In this document: positions 9,874 through 19,580 of the stretch, in pieces
How the letters are laid out: every line of letters begins with the position of its first letter
Numbering within the stretch: position 1 is the first letter of the stretch
From: an uncultured archaeon
Lineage (GTDB): Archaea > Thermoproteota > Nitrososphaeria > Nitrososphaerales > Gagatemarchaeaceae
Reading direction: 5' to 3'
Assembly (NCBI GenBank): GCA_963799775.1
Contig: CAWCYD010000003.1
Location: 1,056,001 to 1,120,000 of the forward strand
DNA: 64,000 nt
The notes under the pieces: model-generated
Database searches by the model: none
The model's input: only the letters and a program-made list of their open reading frames with translations
What the model was told of the DNA's origin: nothing
Made by a program: the position numbers and the translations under genes

Positions 9874-10623
9874 TCAATCTGAGACCTCGCCCCCGTCCAG
9901 AACGATCCCCTGGCCGGTCATGAAGCTGGACTCGTCGCTCGCCAGGTAGAGCGCAAGGTTCGCGACGTCCTCCGGCTCGCCGAACCGTTTCAGGGGTATC
10001 GATGAGCGCAGCTCGTTCACGGCCTTCTGGTCGAACCACTGGAGCCAACCCGTCTTGATTGAGCCGAGGATCATGCAGTTCACTCTTACGGAGGGCGCCA
10101 GGCTCCTCGCCAGCATCCTAGTCATCGTGAGGACGGCCCCCTTTCCGCAGCCGTAGACGAGGCCTTGGACATCCCCTGCGAGGGCCGGGGTCGAGGAGAC
10201 GTTCACTATCGCGCTGCCCTTGCGCATCATCGGCAGGGCGTTCTGGACGCAGTCGAAGGCACCGAAGACGTCAACTGCGAAGACCCTGAGCCACATCTCT
10301 CTGTCGATCTCCTCGATCTTGGCGTTCCATATCCCCCCGTCCGCCAGCCCCGCGTTGTTGACCAAGACGTCGACCCGACCGAACCTCTTCTTGACCTGAG
10401 CGAACATCGCCTTGCTCTCTTCGGGTATGGAGATGTCCGCTTTCACGGCGACAGACTCGCGCCCCATCTTCTTGATGGAAGAGACGACTTCGTTCGCCTC
10501 GGCGTCCGACTTCCTGTAGTGGACTACGACGTCCGCACCCTCCTTGGCGAAGGCGCGAGCGATTGCGGCTCCGTTTCCTGTGCTCGAACCTGTCACGACC
10601 GCGACCTTGCCCTTGAGCTTCAA
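9874..10623 (-). CDS. SDR-family NAD(P)-dependent oxidoreductase (FabG-like)
   Basis: TGSSTGNG, LVNNAG, YGCGK (YxxxK), PLKRFGEPEDVA. Confidence 0.9.
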   Translation of the reverse strand: MKLKGKVAVVTGSSTGNGAAIARAFAKEGADVVVHYRKSDAEANEVVSSIKKMGRESVAVKADISIPEESKAMFAQVKKRFGRVDVLVNNAGLADGGIWNAKIEEIDREMWLRVFAVDVFGAFDCVQNALPMMRKGSAIVNVSSTPALAGDVQGLVYGCGKGAVLTMTRMLARSLAPSVRVNCMILGSIKTGWLQWFDQKAVNELRSSIPLKRFGEPEDVANLALYLASDESSFMTGQGIVLDGGEVSD

Positions 10624-10692
10624 AGCTTCGAGAGAGACAAGACCGATAGGGACTTAAGTATTTGACCGCCTTGTCCTGCTCTCGCCGCGGCG

Positions 10693-11223
10693 ATGCGGCA
10701 CTCTATGTGGGACGCTTTCCGACGCTGGCGCAGATCTCCGGAGTCGCTCCTCGCTGAGATAGGGCTCAAGAAGGGAATGAAGGTAGCCGATGTCGGGGCC
10801 GGGTTCGGCTATTTCGCGTTCCCCGCCTCTGAGATCATCGGGAGCGAGGGGGTCGTCTATGCCGTGGAACCAAGCCCCAAAAGGGCGGAGGAGATCTCAT
10901 CGAGGGCCAAGGACCGTGAGGTCAAGAACATCCAGGTCTTGGTGACCGGTGCGGAGGACATGGGCGCGGTCGCTCCTGGGGAGGTCGACGTGGCCATGTC
11001 GATCTCATCCTTCCACCACTTCGACGATCCGAAGAAGGGCCTTGCAGAGATGCGGAGGATAGTCAGGCCTGGAGGCCTGGTCTACGTCAGGGACATGAAG
11101 GCGGGAAGAATATTGAAGCACGGAAGCGTCCCCGATGAATTTCGCAGGATTGTGACAGGCGAGTTCCCCGATGCCGAAGTGACAGAAGAGAGGGGGTTCG
11201 TCGTCGCAAGGGCGAGAGTCTGA
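10693..11223 (+). CDS. Class I SAM-dependent methyltransferase
   Basis: VADVGAGFGY motif I, SFHHF, RIVRPGG. Confidence 0.9.
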   Translation: MRHSMWDAFRRWRRSPESLLAEIGLKKGMKVADVGAGFGYFAFPASEIIGSEGVVYAVEPSPKRAEEISSRAKDREVKNIQVLVTGAEDMGAVAPGEVDVAMSISSFHHFDDPKKGLAEMRRIVRPGGLVYVRDMKAGRILKHGSVPDEFRRIVTGEFPDAEVTEERGFVVARARV

Positions 11224-11234
11224 GCCGGCGGCCG

Positions 11235-11747
11235 TCAGGGCCTTGGCGCTCTGTCCCTTGCGGTGCCCCCTATGGCGAACGTCTCCAAGAACTCGAGGTT
11301 GAAGAGTGATGCTGCGGCAGAGTTCCTCACGAGCTCATCGGGGTCCTTGAGGGCCTTTTGGAGCGAGCCCTTCGCGGTCTGGCTCCCTATCGAGCCGAGC
11401 GCAGCGGCCGACTCGTGGCGGACGATGGGGTCCTTGTCGTTCAGGGTCGCCTCCTCCAGCCCTCGGACACCGGACGTGAGCCCTATCTGGCCCATCGTGA
11501 ACGCGGCCTCGTGCCGCACGAGCGGGTCGGGATCGTGGAGGAGCACGTCGGTGAGGGTGGGTATCGCTGCCTCGCTCCCCAAGTCCGCGAGGATCGTGAC
11601 CGCATGAACCCTCAGGACGAGGCTGGGTTCCTCCTGCATGACCTTGATGAAGAAGCGTTCGTCGCCGGTCTTGAACTCCTCCTCCATCCTCCTCATGACG
11701 TCAAGGCAGTGCTCCTTGTCATCGACGACCACGGTCGTGTAATTCAT
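11235..11747 (-). CDS. HEAT-repeat (PBS-lyase/deoxyhypusine hydroxylase-like) protein
   Basis: LVRHEAAFTMGQ and IVRHESAAALGSIG repeats. Confidence 0.8.
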   Translation of the reverse strand: MNYTTVVVDDKEHCLDVMRRMEEEFKTGDERFFIKVMQEEPSLVLRVHAVTILADLGSEAAIPTLTDVLLHDPDPLVRHEAAFTMGQIGLTSGVRGLEEATLNDKDPIVRHESAAALGSIGSQTAKGSLQKALKDPDELVRNSAAASLFNLEFLETFAIGGTARDRAPRP

Positions 11748-11800
11748 TGTCCGCCTCGACCCCCTGCAGACGAATGTAATAACAGGGACGAGACGAACAA

Positions 11801-12415
11801 CTAGAGCAGGGTAAGGGCGGCAGCCAGGGTTGCTAGTTCCGCGGCCCCCTTGGAATCGGCCCCCACGACTATCACGGCGTCTCCCTCCTTGGGGCCGGCC
11901 GACCTAACGGCTGTCCAAAGTCCTCGTGGTCCCCCCTTTTCGCAGTCGGTGCCTTCCCCTGGAAGCGTGAACCGCCCTCCCGCGAAGAGCGCTGTGAGCG
12001 CACCGTTGGCACCTGCCCTCACAGCGGCGTCGCGCTGCTCCAACCCTTTCTTGACCCTCTTGGCGGCCCCCCTTACCAGGACGCCGGCGCACTCGTCTCC
12101 TATCCCGAGGGAGCTGGCGCGCACCCGAGAAGACCACGGGACCTTCTCCTTCAGCATCTGAAACTCCCTCTCCCCACGCTTGCTCAGCTTGCACCCCTCT
12201 GGTCGAATCGAAATCAGGTCGCTCTCCTTCATCCGCTTGATGAGGGTCCGCACCTCCCCCTGCCCCAGGCCTAGGATTGTGCCGAGCCTGCCCCTTCCCA
12301 CCGAGCCGTTCTCACCGAGGGTCAGGATCGCCCGAAGGACGTGGACCTCCGAGAAGACGGCGCGCGGCCCGCGATAGTCCGATGACAAGACCTCGCGGAG
12401 GGATGAGATCGTCAC
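11801..12415 (-). CDS. Winged-HTH protein with DUF4443-like C-terminal domain
   Basis: GRGRLGTILGLGQGEVRTLIKRM HTH; GLEQRDAAVRAGANGA. Confidence 0.75.
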   Translation of the reverse strand: MTISSLREVLSSDYRGPRAVFSEVHVLRAILTLGENGSVGRGRLGTILGLGQGEVRTLIKRMKESDLISIRPEGCKLSKRGEREFQMLKEKVPWSSRVRASSLGIGDECAGVLVRGAAKRVKKGLEQRDAAVRAGANGALTALFAGGRFTLPGEGTDCEKGGPRGLWTAVRSAGPKEGDAVIVVGADSKGAAELATLAAALTLL

Positions 12416-12571
12416 AGAGCAACGAACGAAGGTCCGTCATATTTCTGTTTTCTCGGGGCGAGCTGGACTTTAATCGGGACTGCGTGGGAGAGCAACCACA
12501 ATGGCAAATCCTATGTTTAGCTTTATATAATCGTTTCAAATGTCCTAACCGTTGCCTCTACCTGGGAAGTC

Positions 12572-13435
12572 GTGGAGTCACGCAAAGAGTTGACACCGTC
12601 AGAGTTCTTCGTCGTTGTGTTGGCCGCATCCGTCATAGCAGGTACGCTAGGCTCTCTCCTGGGCCTGGGCGGAGGCGTGGTGGTCGTCCCCTTGCTGACG
12701 ATATTCCTCGGCGTCCCGCCCTTGTTCGCGATCGGCGCGAGCATCATCTCCGTGATAGCGACCTCGAGCGGTGCGGCCTCCACCTATGTCAAGGACGGGA
12801 TGACCAACCTGAGGATAGGGATGTTCCTAGAGCTCGCGACAACGACGGGGGCGATCTTGGGCGCCGTGCTGACGATAACGCTTGCGCGGGCAAACCTCGA
12901 GGACGTTGTCTACGTGACATTCGGAGTGGTGCTTCTACTGTCCGTGATCCCCCTCTTGAGAAGGATTGGCGAAGAGCTGCCCGCGGGGGTCGCGCCAGAT
13001 GCGGTGAGCAGGAGGCTCGAGTTGAGCGGGGAGTACTTCGACGGGGCTCTCGGGACCACCGTGGACTACAGAGCCACGAGGTCATTCTTGGGGCTCGCCA
13101 TCATGTGGGTCGCCGGACTCATCTCCGGTCTGCTGGGGATAGGGAGCGGGTCGTCAAGGTCCATCGCACTGGATGTGGGCATGAAGCTGCCGATGAAGGT
13201 CTCGTCGACAACGAGCAACTTCATGATCGGCGTGACAGCCGCTTCGAGCACCGGGATATTCTATCTGGGAGGATACATCGACCCGTTCGTCGCCGCGCCT
13301 GTGATGCTCGGGGTCGTGCTCGGGTCCCTGGCGGGCACGCGCATCCTAGTGAGGACCAAGAACTCGTCGATCCGGAAGGTGTTCGTCGCGATAATCGTGG
13401 TCCTGGCTGTAGAGATGCTGCTGCACGGGGTGTGA
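12572..13435 (+). CDS. Sulfite exporter TauE/SafE (TSUP) family permease
   Basis: GSLLGLGGGVVVVP, ATSSGAA, STTSNFMIGVTAA. Apparent compensating indels near 13150 (GSGSSRSI). Confidence 0.9.
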   Translation: MESRKELTPSEFFVVVLAASVIAGTLGSLLGLGGGVVVVPLLTIFLGVPPLFAIGASIISVIATSSGAASTYVKDGMTNLRIGMFLELATTTGAILGAVLTITLARANLEDVVYVTFGVVLLLSVIPLLRRIGEELPAGVAPDAVSRRLELSGEYFDGALGTTVDYRATRSFLGLAIMWVAGLISGLLGIGSGSSRSIALDVGMKLPMKVSSTTSNFMIGVTAASSTGIFYLGGYIDPFVAAPVMLGVVLGSLAGTRILVRTKNSSIRKVFVAIIVVLAVEMLLHGV

Positions 13436-13441
13436 GATGGC

Positions 13442-13840
13442 ATGGAGAAAGAGGCGACAGACCTCAAGAGCGCCATCGGCCTGGTCCTGCGCTATGGCGT
13501 CGTCATCTCGTTCGCCATCGTCGCCTTCGGCTCGATCCTCCTCTTCGTTGAAGGGCAGACAGGCTATGGGCCGATTCAGAGCACGCAAAGCCTCGTCGGG
13601 GCGCGCGACACATCACTGGTTGGATTAGCCCCACTCCTTCAGGGAGTTCTCAGCGCCAGACCGTATGCGATCATAGACCTTGGTCTGCTCGTCCTCCTCG
13701 CGACCCCGGTGGCGCGGGTGGCGATCTCGATCCCGCTCTTCGCTGTGGAGAGGAGGTTCGCGTTCGTGGCTATAACGGCGGCCGTGCTCGGAATCCTACT
13801 CTTCAGCATCTTCGTCGTCGCCCCGCTGGTCGTCGGGTAA
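13442..13840 (+). CDS. DUF1634 family membrane protein
   Basis: IGLVLRYGV..., GLLVLLATPVARV; usual partner gene of TSUP permeases. Confidence 0.8.
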   Translation: MEKEATDLKSAIGLVLRYGVVISFAIVAFGSILLFVEGQTGYGPIQSTQSLVGARDTSLVGLAPLLQGVLSARPYAIIDLGLLVLLATPVARVAISIPLFAVERRFAFVAITAAVLGILLFSIFVVAPLVVG

Positions 13841-13897
13841 CGGCCCTGAAGCGCTGAGCGATTATTATTATACGCCACACCGGAGGAGCGGTCATCG

Positions 13898-14611
13898 ATG
13901 AACAAGGCGGTCACAATCACGGGCGCCCTTGTGTGTGCGTCCGGTGTGACGATGTTCTTCTTGGTCGGCCTTCTGCGTTCGGAGACGTATCGGGCCGCGA
14001 TAATGATCTACGAGTACTCCGCCCTCGTGGTGGGAGTGATAGGCGCAGGCGCGTTTGTCTTCGGCCTGGTGGCACGGGACTCGCCTCTCGGCATGATCGA
14101 CACGGAAGGGGTCGCGCGGTTCTACTTCCGCCTGGCGCTCATCAACACGATCTCGGCGGCTCTCTTCGCTGCGCCGGTGCTCGACCCCAGGTTCGAGTTC
14201 CCCATCCTGATAACCCGTTGGCCCGGCGTGTACATGGTAATCGCCTACACTTTCTTCGTGGTAGTCGGCATCATAGGGGCCCTATGCTGGGGCATCTTCT
14301 TCCATCTCCTCCCAAGCATGTTCGATAGGGCCTCCGTGAGGCGGTTCTGGCTCCTCACGCAGGTGGGGGTCACGGAAGTAGGGATCTATCTCTTGGCGAT
14401 CTTCATGTTCTTGGGCGGGTACATAGGGGCGTCCTTGAATTACGTGGGAGACGGGGACTTCATCGTGGGGGCGGCGATGGAGGTTGCGGTCATCCCTGCG
14501 GCACTGGGCATATTCCTGGTCGTCCTCGGGGCACCTCATCGGTGTGGTCAACGTCCTGCTCGCAAGGACCGGGAACTGACGGGATTCTCTCGCCACCTTG
14601 CGGTCGGCTAG
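13898..14611 (+). CDS. Unassigned multi-pass membrane protein, WPG family paralogue 1 (frameshift at about 14530; true stop probably 14579)
   Basis: PVLDP..WPG..VGIIGALCWGIFFHLLP..FDR shared with 31288..31812 and 35027..35586. Confidence 0.75.
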   Translation: MNKAVTITGALVCASGVTMFFLVGLLRSETYRAAIMIYEYSALVVGVIGAGAFVFGLVARDSPLGMIDTEGVARFYFRLALINTISAALFAAPVLDPRFEFPILITRWPGVYMVIAYTFFVVVGIIGALCWGIFFHLLPSMFDRASVRRFWLLTQVGVTEVGIYLLAIFMFLGGYIGASLNYVGDGDFIVGAAMEVAVIPAALGIFLVVLGAPHRCGQRPARKDRELTGFSRHLAVG

Positions 14612-14648
14612 CCCTTAATAATCACCTAGGCGAGTTATCCAGGCGGCA

Positions 14649-15038
14649 ATGGCTTCAAGGACCGTCAAGATCGAGGTTGCCGGCTTGGCCTTGGTGTTGG
14701 CCTTGGGGATCGGGTATTTCGTCTACTCAAACGCGTCTTCCAACACGAAGGAGATTGACGTCACTCTGGGGGAAGGGAACAGCTACTTCACGCCGACGAA
14801 CGCGACCGCCAAGCTGGGAGACCACGTGACCTTCGTCGTGTTCAACGACGACAGCAATCCTCATGCCTTCGCGATCCAAGCATTCAACGCGACGACCGGC
14901 GTAATCCAGCCGAGCTATTCAGCCAGGATGAGCTTCGTCGCTAACGCGACAGGCAGCTTTCCTTTCTACTCCCCGTTGTCAGCAGACGACGCTTCAGGCA
15001 TGGACAACATCAACGGGACGTTCACGGTGACACAATGA
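14649..15038 (+). CDS. Membrane-anchored cupredoxin-fold protein with a degenerate type-1 Cu site
   Basis: FTPTNATAKLGDHVTF..N.D..PHAFAI..GSFPFYSP..GM. The Cys and second His ligands are absent. Confidence 0.7.
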   Translation: MASRTVKIEVAGLALVLALGIGYFVYSNASSNTKEIDVTLGEGNSYFTPTNATAKLGDHVTFVVFNDDSNPHAFAIQAFNATTGVIQPSYSARMSFVANATGSFPFYSPLSADDASGMDNINGTFTVTQ

Positions 15039-15943
15039 CAGAGCCGAGCAGGACGGGGAAGAGAGTAGAGTCGTACTGGTACCTCGCCCTCGTCCCGATC
15101 TTCGCGATCCTCGCCGTGGTCGAGTTCTATCCAGTTCTCTACTCCTTGTACCTTAGCGTGACGGGTCCGAGCGGCAACTTCACCTTAGGCTACTACTGGC
15201 AGATGTTGACGGACACGGACTTTTGGAGCGCACTGGCTTCATCCCTCACCTACTCGACCATGAGCACGCTCGTCGCGGTAGCGATAGGGCTCTTCCTCAC
15301 CTACCTGGTCACACAGGATTTCCGCGGCAGGAGCATCTACGAAGGCATCTTCATACTCCCGTTGGCCGCGGCCCCGATTGCCGTGGGGATATTCTGGGGC
15401 CCATCAGCTTTCTGGGACGACCTGCAGTCTCTGCTGCACTATCCCATCTCCAGCCTAATCCACTATCAGATACCATATTTCACGGAGACCGGCGTGCTGT
15501 TCTACTTCCCCGTGATGGCCCTATCGGATGCCTGGGAGTGGGCGCCGCTAATCATGCTGGTGGCCTTGAGCATCATCAACTCTAACCCGAAGGAGATCTT
15601 CGAGGCAGCGAAACTGCACGGCGCCTCAAGCTGGCAGGTATTCACGAGGATCGTCGTTCCCACTGTGATGAGGTCTCCAGTCATGCAGTTCGTGATAGTC
15701 CTGAGGTTCATGGACGCCATGCGAGCCTTCGAGATACCTTTGGCCTGGTCAACCTGGGTCGCTCTGTCCACCTCGGTCGGCTCGCCCGTCGATACCCTGA
15801 GCCTCTACCTCTACAAGCTACTCTTCATACCCACGTTCGGCTTCCCGATCGCTCTAGTCTCGACCATCGCCGTCGCCCTATTGGTCGTGACCTTGACAGC
15901 GGTCACCCTGCTGATGCGTCTGCTGGGGACGATTGGAAGGTAG
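15035..15943 (+). CDS. Carbohydrate ABC transporter permease (MalF-type)
   Basis: YPVLYSLYLS, WEWAPL, EAA loop EIFEAAKLHGASSWQVF. Confidence 0.9.
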   Translation: MTEPSRTGKRVESYWYLALVPIFAILAVVEFYPVLYSLYLSVTGPSGNFTLGYYWQMLTDTDFWSALASSLTYSTMSTLVAVAIGLFLTYLVTQDFRGRSIYEGIFILPLAAAPIAVGIFWGPSAFWDDLQSLLHYPISSLIHYQIPYFTETGVLFYFPVMALSDAWEWAPLIMLVALSIINSNPKEIFEAAKLHGASSWQVFTRIVVPTVMRSPVMQFVIVLRFMDAMRAFEIPLAWSTWVALSTSVGSPVDTLSLYLYKLLFIPTFGFPIALVSTIAVALLVVTLTAVTLLMRLLGTIGR

Positions 15944-15949
15944 ACGAGA

Positions 15950-16867
15950 TTGACCCGACCAGACAACATCCAGACCGGGGCGAAGGCTGCAGTCGCTCCC
16001 CGCCGCCGTTCGAGGAAGGTCGCGAGGAGGCTGCTCTTCTATCTGGCCTTGCTACTGTTCTCCTTGTATAGCCTGTACCCGTTCATCGCCGTTGGGATGG
16101 ACGGCTTCGACGCGAACATAGCGGCGCTGTTCGTGGGCAACAACATCATCGAGATAGCTGGGTCTCCCTTCCACCAGGGGATCTTCACATTCAATCTGAC
16201 GCACTATCTGGACGCCCTCAGCCTGGGGTCATTCCCGGCAAGGGTGGTCAACAGTCTCCTCATAGGTGGCATCAGTGTCGCCGTCGCGCTCGGAGCCGGC
16301 ATCCCAGTCTCGTACGTCCTCGCGAGAATCGACATCAAGGGAAGGAACGCTATCTCTTACCTGCTTCTCGCCCTAAGGACCGTCTCTCCCTTTGCGGTTG
16401 TCCTCCCACTCTACATCCTGTTCACGAGGATAGGTCTGTGGGACACGTTCCAGGGCGTCGCTCTTGCCGAGCTCCTCCTCATACTCACCGTGGTCGTGTG
16501 GATGGTGAAAGGGTTCTTCGAGGATATCCCCAGGCAGATCTACGACGCCGCCTCTGTGTTCGGCGCTTCAGAGGCGCAGATCCTTCTCCGGGTCGCCATC
16601 CCGATAATATTCACCGGGATCGTGATTACCGCGATATTTGGATTCATCTTGGTCTGGAACGAGTATCTTATAGCGGTGATAATCTCCGGCCCCGTCACAA
16701 AGCCTGTCTCGGTTGGCGTCTTCAACGGTCTCGGGCCCCTCAACCGTTCGCCGGACTTCGTTGACATAGAGGCGGGGGCGACTTTGGCGTTCATCCCCGC
16801 GGCAATCGTGATGCTGGCGATAAGGAAGTACCTGGCGAAGGGATTCAGTCTGGCAACCGCCCGCTGA
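15950..16867 (+). CDS. Carbohydrate ABC transporter permease (MalG-type)
   Basis: GFFEDIPRQIYDAASVFGAS, FILVWNEY, KYLAKGF. Confidence 0.9.
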   Translation: MTRPDNIQTGAKAAVAPRRRSRKVARRLLFYLALLLFSLYSLYPFIAVGMDGFDANIAALFVGNNIIEIAGSPFHQGIFTFNLTHYLDALSLGSFPARVVNSLLIGGISVAVALGAGIPVSYVLARIDIKGRNAISYLLLALRTVSPFAVVLPLYILFTRIGLWDTFQGVALAELLLILTVVVWMVKGFFEDIPRQIYDAASVFGASEAQILLRVAIPIIFTGIVITAIFGFILVWNEYLIAVIISGPVTKPVSVGVFNGLGPLNRSPDFVDIEAGATLAFIPAAIVMLAIRKYLAKGFSLATAR

Positions 16868-16978
16868 TCCGAGCCCTCACCCAGACAAGTTGGGGCGGAG
16901 TCCTCGACCTAACGCGGTAAGGACTAGCCTATCGCCGATTCAGGGCCAGAACGGAGTGCAAGTCCTGGCGAAGCCCCG

Positions 16979-17815
16979 TTAGACCAAGTCGACGAACTTG
17001 AAGAGGATTATCATGAGCCCCATGGAGAGGATGCCCCAGAGCAACAGCCCTAGGCTCATGATGTAGACCCCGTTGGCAGCCCCAAAGGAGTTCTCGATGA
17101 TCTCACCGGTCCCAATTAGCTCGGCCCCGTATGCGTTCAGGTGGATCTCGGAGATTAGGCCGGCGCTCTCTATCGGGTTCAGAAGGGCCGCAACGAGCGC
17201 CACCTTCGTCCCGTTTGCGATGGTGAGGATGACTCCGAACGAACCTCCAAAGTCCGAGACGAGGACCAGAAGGAACCAGAGGAAGATGGCGACGCTCAGG
17301 GCCGTGACCTTCCTCCTGCTCATCGTCGAGATTATTATCGCGACCGAGAGCATGATGATGTTTAACCCCAGCGACAGCAAGACTATGAAAGCCAGCCCGT
17401 TCAGGACGCTAGCTCTCACGTTCGCCGCGACGAGGACCGATATCAGGTATCCTGCCGCCAGGACCATGGATGTGGATATCGTCAGGCCGATGAATCTTCC
17501 AGCGAGGAACTGCATCCTCGAGAGGGGATTCGAGAGCAGGTACTGCAGGGTGCCTGACTCCTTCTCCTCCACTATTGTGAGCGCCCCCAGCGGGAGAGAC
17601 AACAAAGGCAGGTATGGGAAGGAGGTGGTCCCGAGATAGACCAGGTAGCTGTTGAGCGTGCTCGGAGGCAGGAGTCTTTCGAAGATGAGTATCAGGAAGG
17701 GGACGTTGATCGTCACGAGGAAATAGACAATCGTGAACATGATCAGCCACTTCGCTCGGATGGACTCCCAGAACGTCTGGGAGACTATCGCGCCGACGAT
17801 CCTTGGGCTGTTCAT
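16979..17815 (-). CDS. ABC-2-type (NosY-like) permease, copy 1
   Basis: IVEEKESGTLQYLLSNPLSR..LAGRFIG, LLNPIES. Confidence 0.85.
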   Translation of the reverse strand: MNSPRIVGAIVSQTFWESIRAKWLIMFTIVYFLVTINVPFLILIFERLLPPSTLNSYLVYLGTTSFPYLPLLSLPLGALTIVEEKESGTLQYLLSNPLSRMQFLAGRFIGLTISTSMVLAAGYLISVLVAANVRASVLNGLAFIVLLSLGLNIIMLSVAIIISTMSRRKVTALSVAIFLWFLLVLVSDFGGSFGVILTIANGTKVALVAALLNPIESAGLISEIHLNAYGAELIGTGEIIENSFGAANGVYIMSLGLLLWGILSMGLMIILFKFVDLV

Positions 17816-18717
17816 GCTGCCGGCTTCTCCTCCAGGAACTTTGTGTAAGCAGCCTCTATCTTCGACGGCTCGATCGCGATGTCGTCCAAGATTCCGCCGT
17901 TCGAGAAGAGGTTGTTGAGCAGAGCGAACTTCCTGCTGTTCGGGATCGAGATGACCATAGTGAGGCTCTTGTCGTTGATTATCTTCGCGTTGTTCTTCGC
18001 TAGGATCTCGGTGACCTCCTTCTCGTGGCCCGCCTTGGGTCTCACGTACAGGATCTGGTCCGCGTCCAGCTGTGCAAGGAGAACGTCCGGGTTGCCTTCC
18101 GCTATCTTCCTTCCTCTGTTCAGCACGATTACCTGGTCAGCGAACTCGCTCAGACCGGTGAGGTGCGTCGCGATCAGGAGCGTGTGGCCCCCGAGAGCGA
18201 GGTTCCTGACCAGCCCAAGGAAGTCGAGCTGTCCTTTGAGGTCGATGTTTGCCAGCGGCTCGTCGAAGATGAGCATCGGCGGGTTCGTCAAAAGCGCCAT
18301 GCCCAAGGCGAAGCGCTGCCTCATACCGCCCGAGAGGGCCTTCATCGTCTTCTTTGTAGCATCTGTCAGCCCGACGATCGCAAGCTTCTCTTGGATCGCG
18401 TCCTTGGATGCCCCCTTGATCTTGGCGATGAAGCGGGCCTCTTGGTCGAGCGTCAGATTTTCGTAGAACGCGCTATATTGAGGGACGTAGCCGATACGGC
18501 CTCGGGCTTGCACTCCCTTCTTCTGGACGTCGATTCCGTCCACGAGGATCGTGCCTGAAAAGCGATGCACGCCCATCGTGGCTTTGATCATTGTGCTCTT
18601 CCCGGCGCCGTTGGGGCCTAGCAATAACGCTCGGCCGTTTTTCGGGACTGTGAACGATACATCCTTGAGCGCTTGGAACTTTCCGAATCTCTTACTTACA
18701 TTCTTGACTTCTAGCAA
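17812..18717 (-). CDS. ABC ATP-binding protein (NosF-like), copy 1
   Basis: GPNGAGKST, LSGGMRQR, IFDEP, ATH. Confidence 0.9.
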   Translation of the reverse strand: MLEVKNVSKRFGKFQALKDVSFTVPKNGRALLLGPNGAGKSTMIKATMGVHRFSGTILVDGIDVQKKGVQARGRIGYVPQYSAFYENLTLDQEARFIAKIKGASKDAIQEKLAIVGLTDATKKTMKALSGGMRQRFALGMALLTNPPMLIFDEPLANIDLKGQLDFLGLVRNLALGGHTLLIATHLTGLSEFADQVIVLNRGRKIAEGNPDVLLAQLDADQILYVRPKAGHEKEVTEILAKNNAKIINDKSLTMVISIPNSRKFALLNNLFSNGGILDDIAIEPSKIEAAYTKFLEEKPAA

Positions 18718-18837
18718 GAATAGACCAGCAGTTCAAGATGGTGACCATATAACCTTTGTTTCCAGATGGAGATTTTCTCTTTTTCGACAATGCGCGACTT
18801 TCTTCTCGGCGGACTTCGCGCCGACTCACGCCGGCTT

Positions 18838-19560
18838 TCAGACCGCACCGGGGGCCTTGTCGCTCGTCGTCGACGTGGGGGTCTTCTTCGGGCGCATCAC
18901 GATAGCGACCCCGACGACGATGATTCCTAGGCCCAAGACGCCGAACCCGACGTAGTTGGGCGAAGCACCGGGCGGTACCCCGTTCTGCACGAGCATGTAG
19001 CCGATGTTCGTCTGGTTGTCCTCAGGCCTGTAGAAGTTCACGGGCGGGTTGAGGTAGATTTGCGCGTCGACTCTAAGAGTGATGTTCGCAAGCGCCTCCT
19101 GCCCCTGGCCGAGGCCTGTGTTCGCCGGCGTGAGAGGCAGCGTGATGTTGACCGGCCCCCAGGCCTGGCCAGAGCGTAGCTGCAAGGCCCCAAGGTTCTC
19201 GGCCGCTTCGTTGCCGCTCACTCCGACCGTCCCCGAGAGGCTCTTCCCGTTGCTCAGAGAGAAGAGCAAGGTAATGTTGTAGCTGTCCAGGAAGTTCATC
19301 AGTCCCGTGAAGCTGTTGACGCTCATCTTGACTGGAATGGTGAGGTTTTCGTCCACCTGGGTTGTCTGTGGGACTCCGTAGAACACGGTGAAGGTCCCCG
19401 TCCCCTGGCCGTAAGGGTCGACCAAGCTGATGTTGACTTCTCGGTTCAAAGGGATGTCGGCTCTCGCCTGGCTCATCGTCCCAAGCAGGAGGAGGCACAA
19501 TAGGGAACCGACGGAAACGAGTCTTGCAACCTCTCTTCGGCGTCTTGCCTTCTCGTTCAT
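18838..19560 (-). CDS. Secreted protein with C-terminal TM anchor, unknown function
   Basis: Own ATG at 19560 with signal peptide (..SQARA-DIP) and a C-terminal TM plus basic tail. Fused to the SBP in the ORF track only through a frameshift. Confidence 0.7.
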   Translation of the reverse strand: MNEKARRRREVARLVSVGSLLCLLLLGTMSQARADIPLNREVNISLVDPYGQGTGTFTVFYGVPQTTQVDENLTIPVKMSVNSFTGLMNFLDSYNITLLFSLSNGKSLSGTVGVSGNEAAENLGALQLRSGQAWGPVNITLPLTPANTGLGQGQEALANITLRVDAQIYLNPPVNFYRPEDNQTNIGYMLVQNGVPPGASPNYVGFGVLGLGIIVVGVAIVMRPKKTPTSTTSDKAPGAV

Positions 19561-19580
19561 TCTAGAGCAACTCGGGCCGG

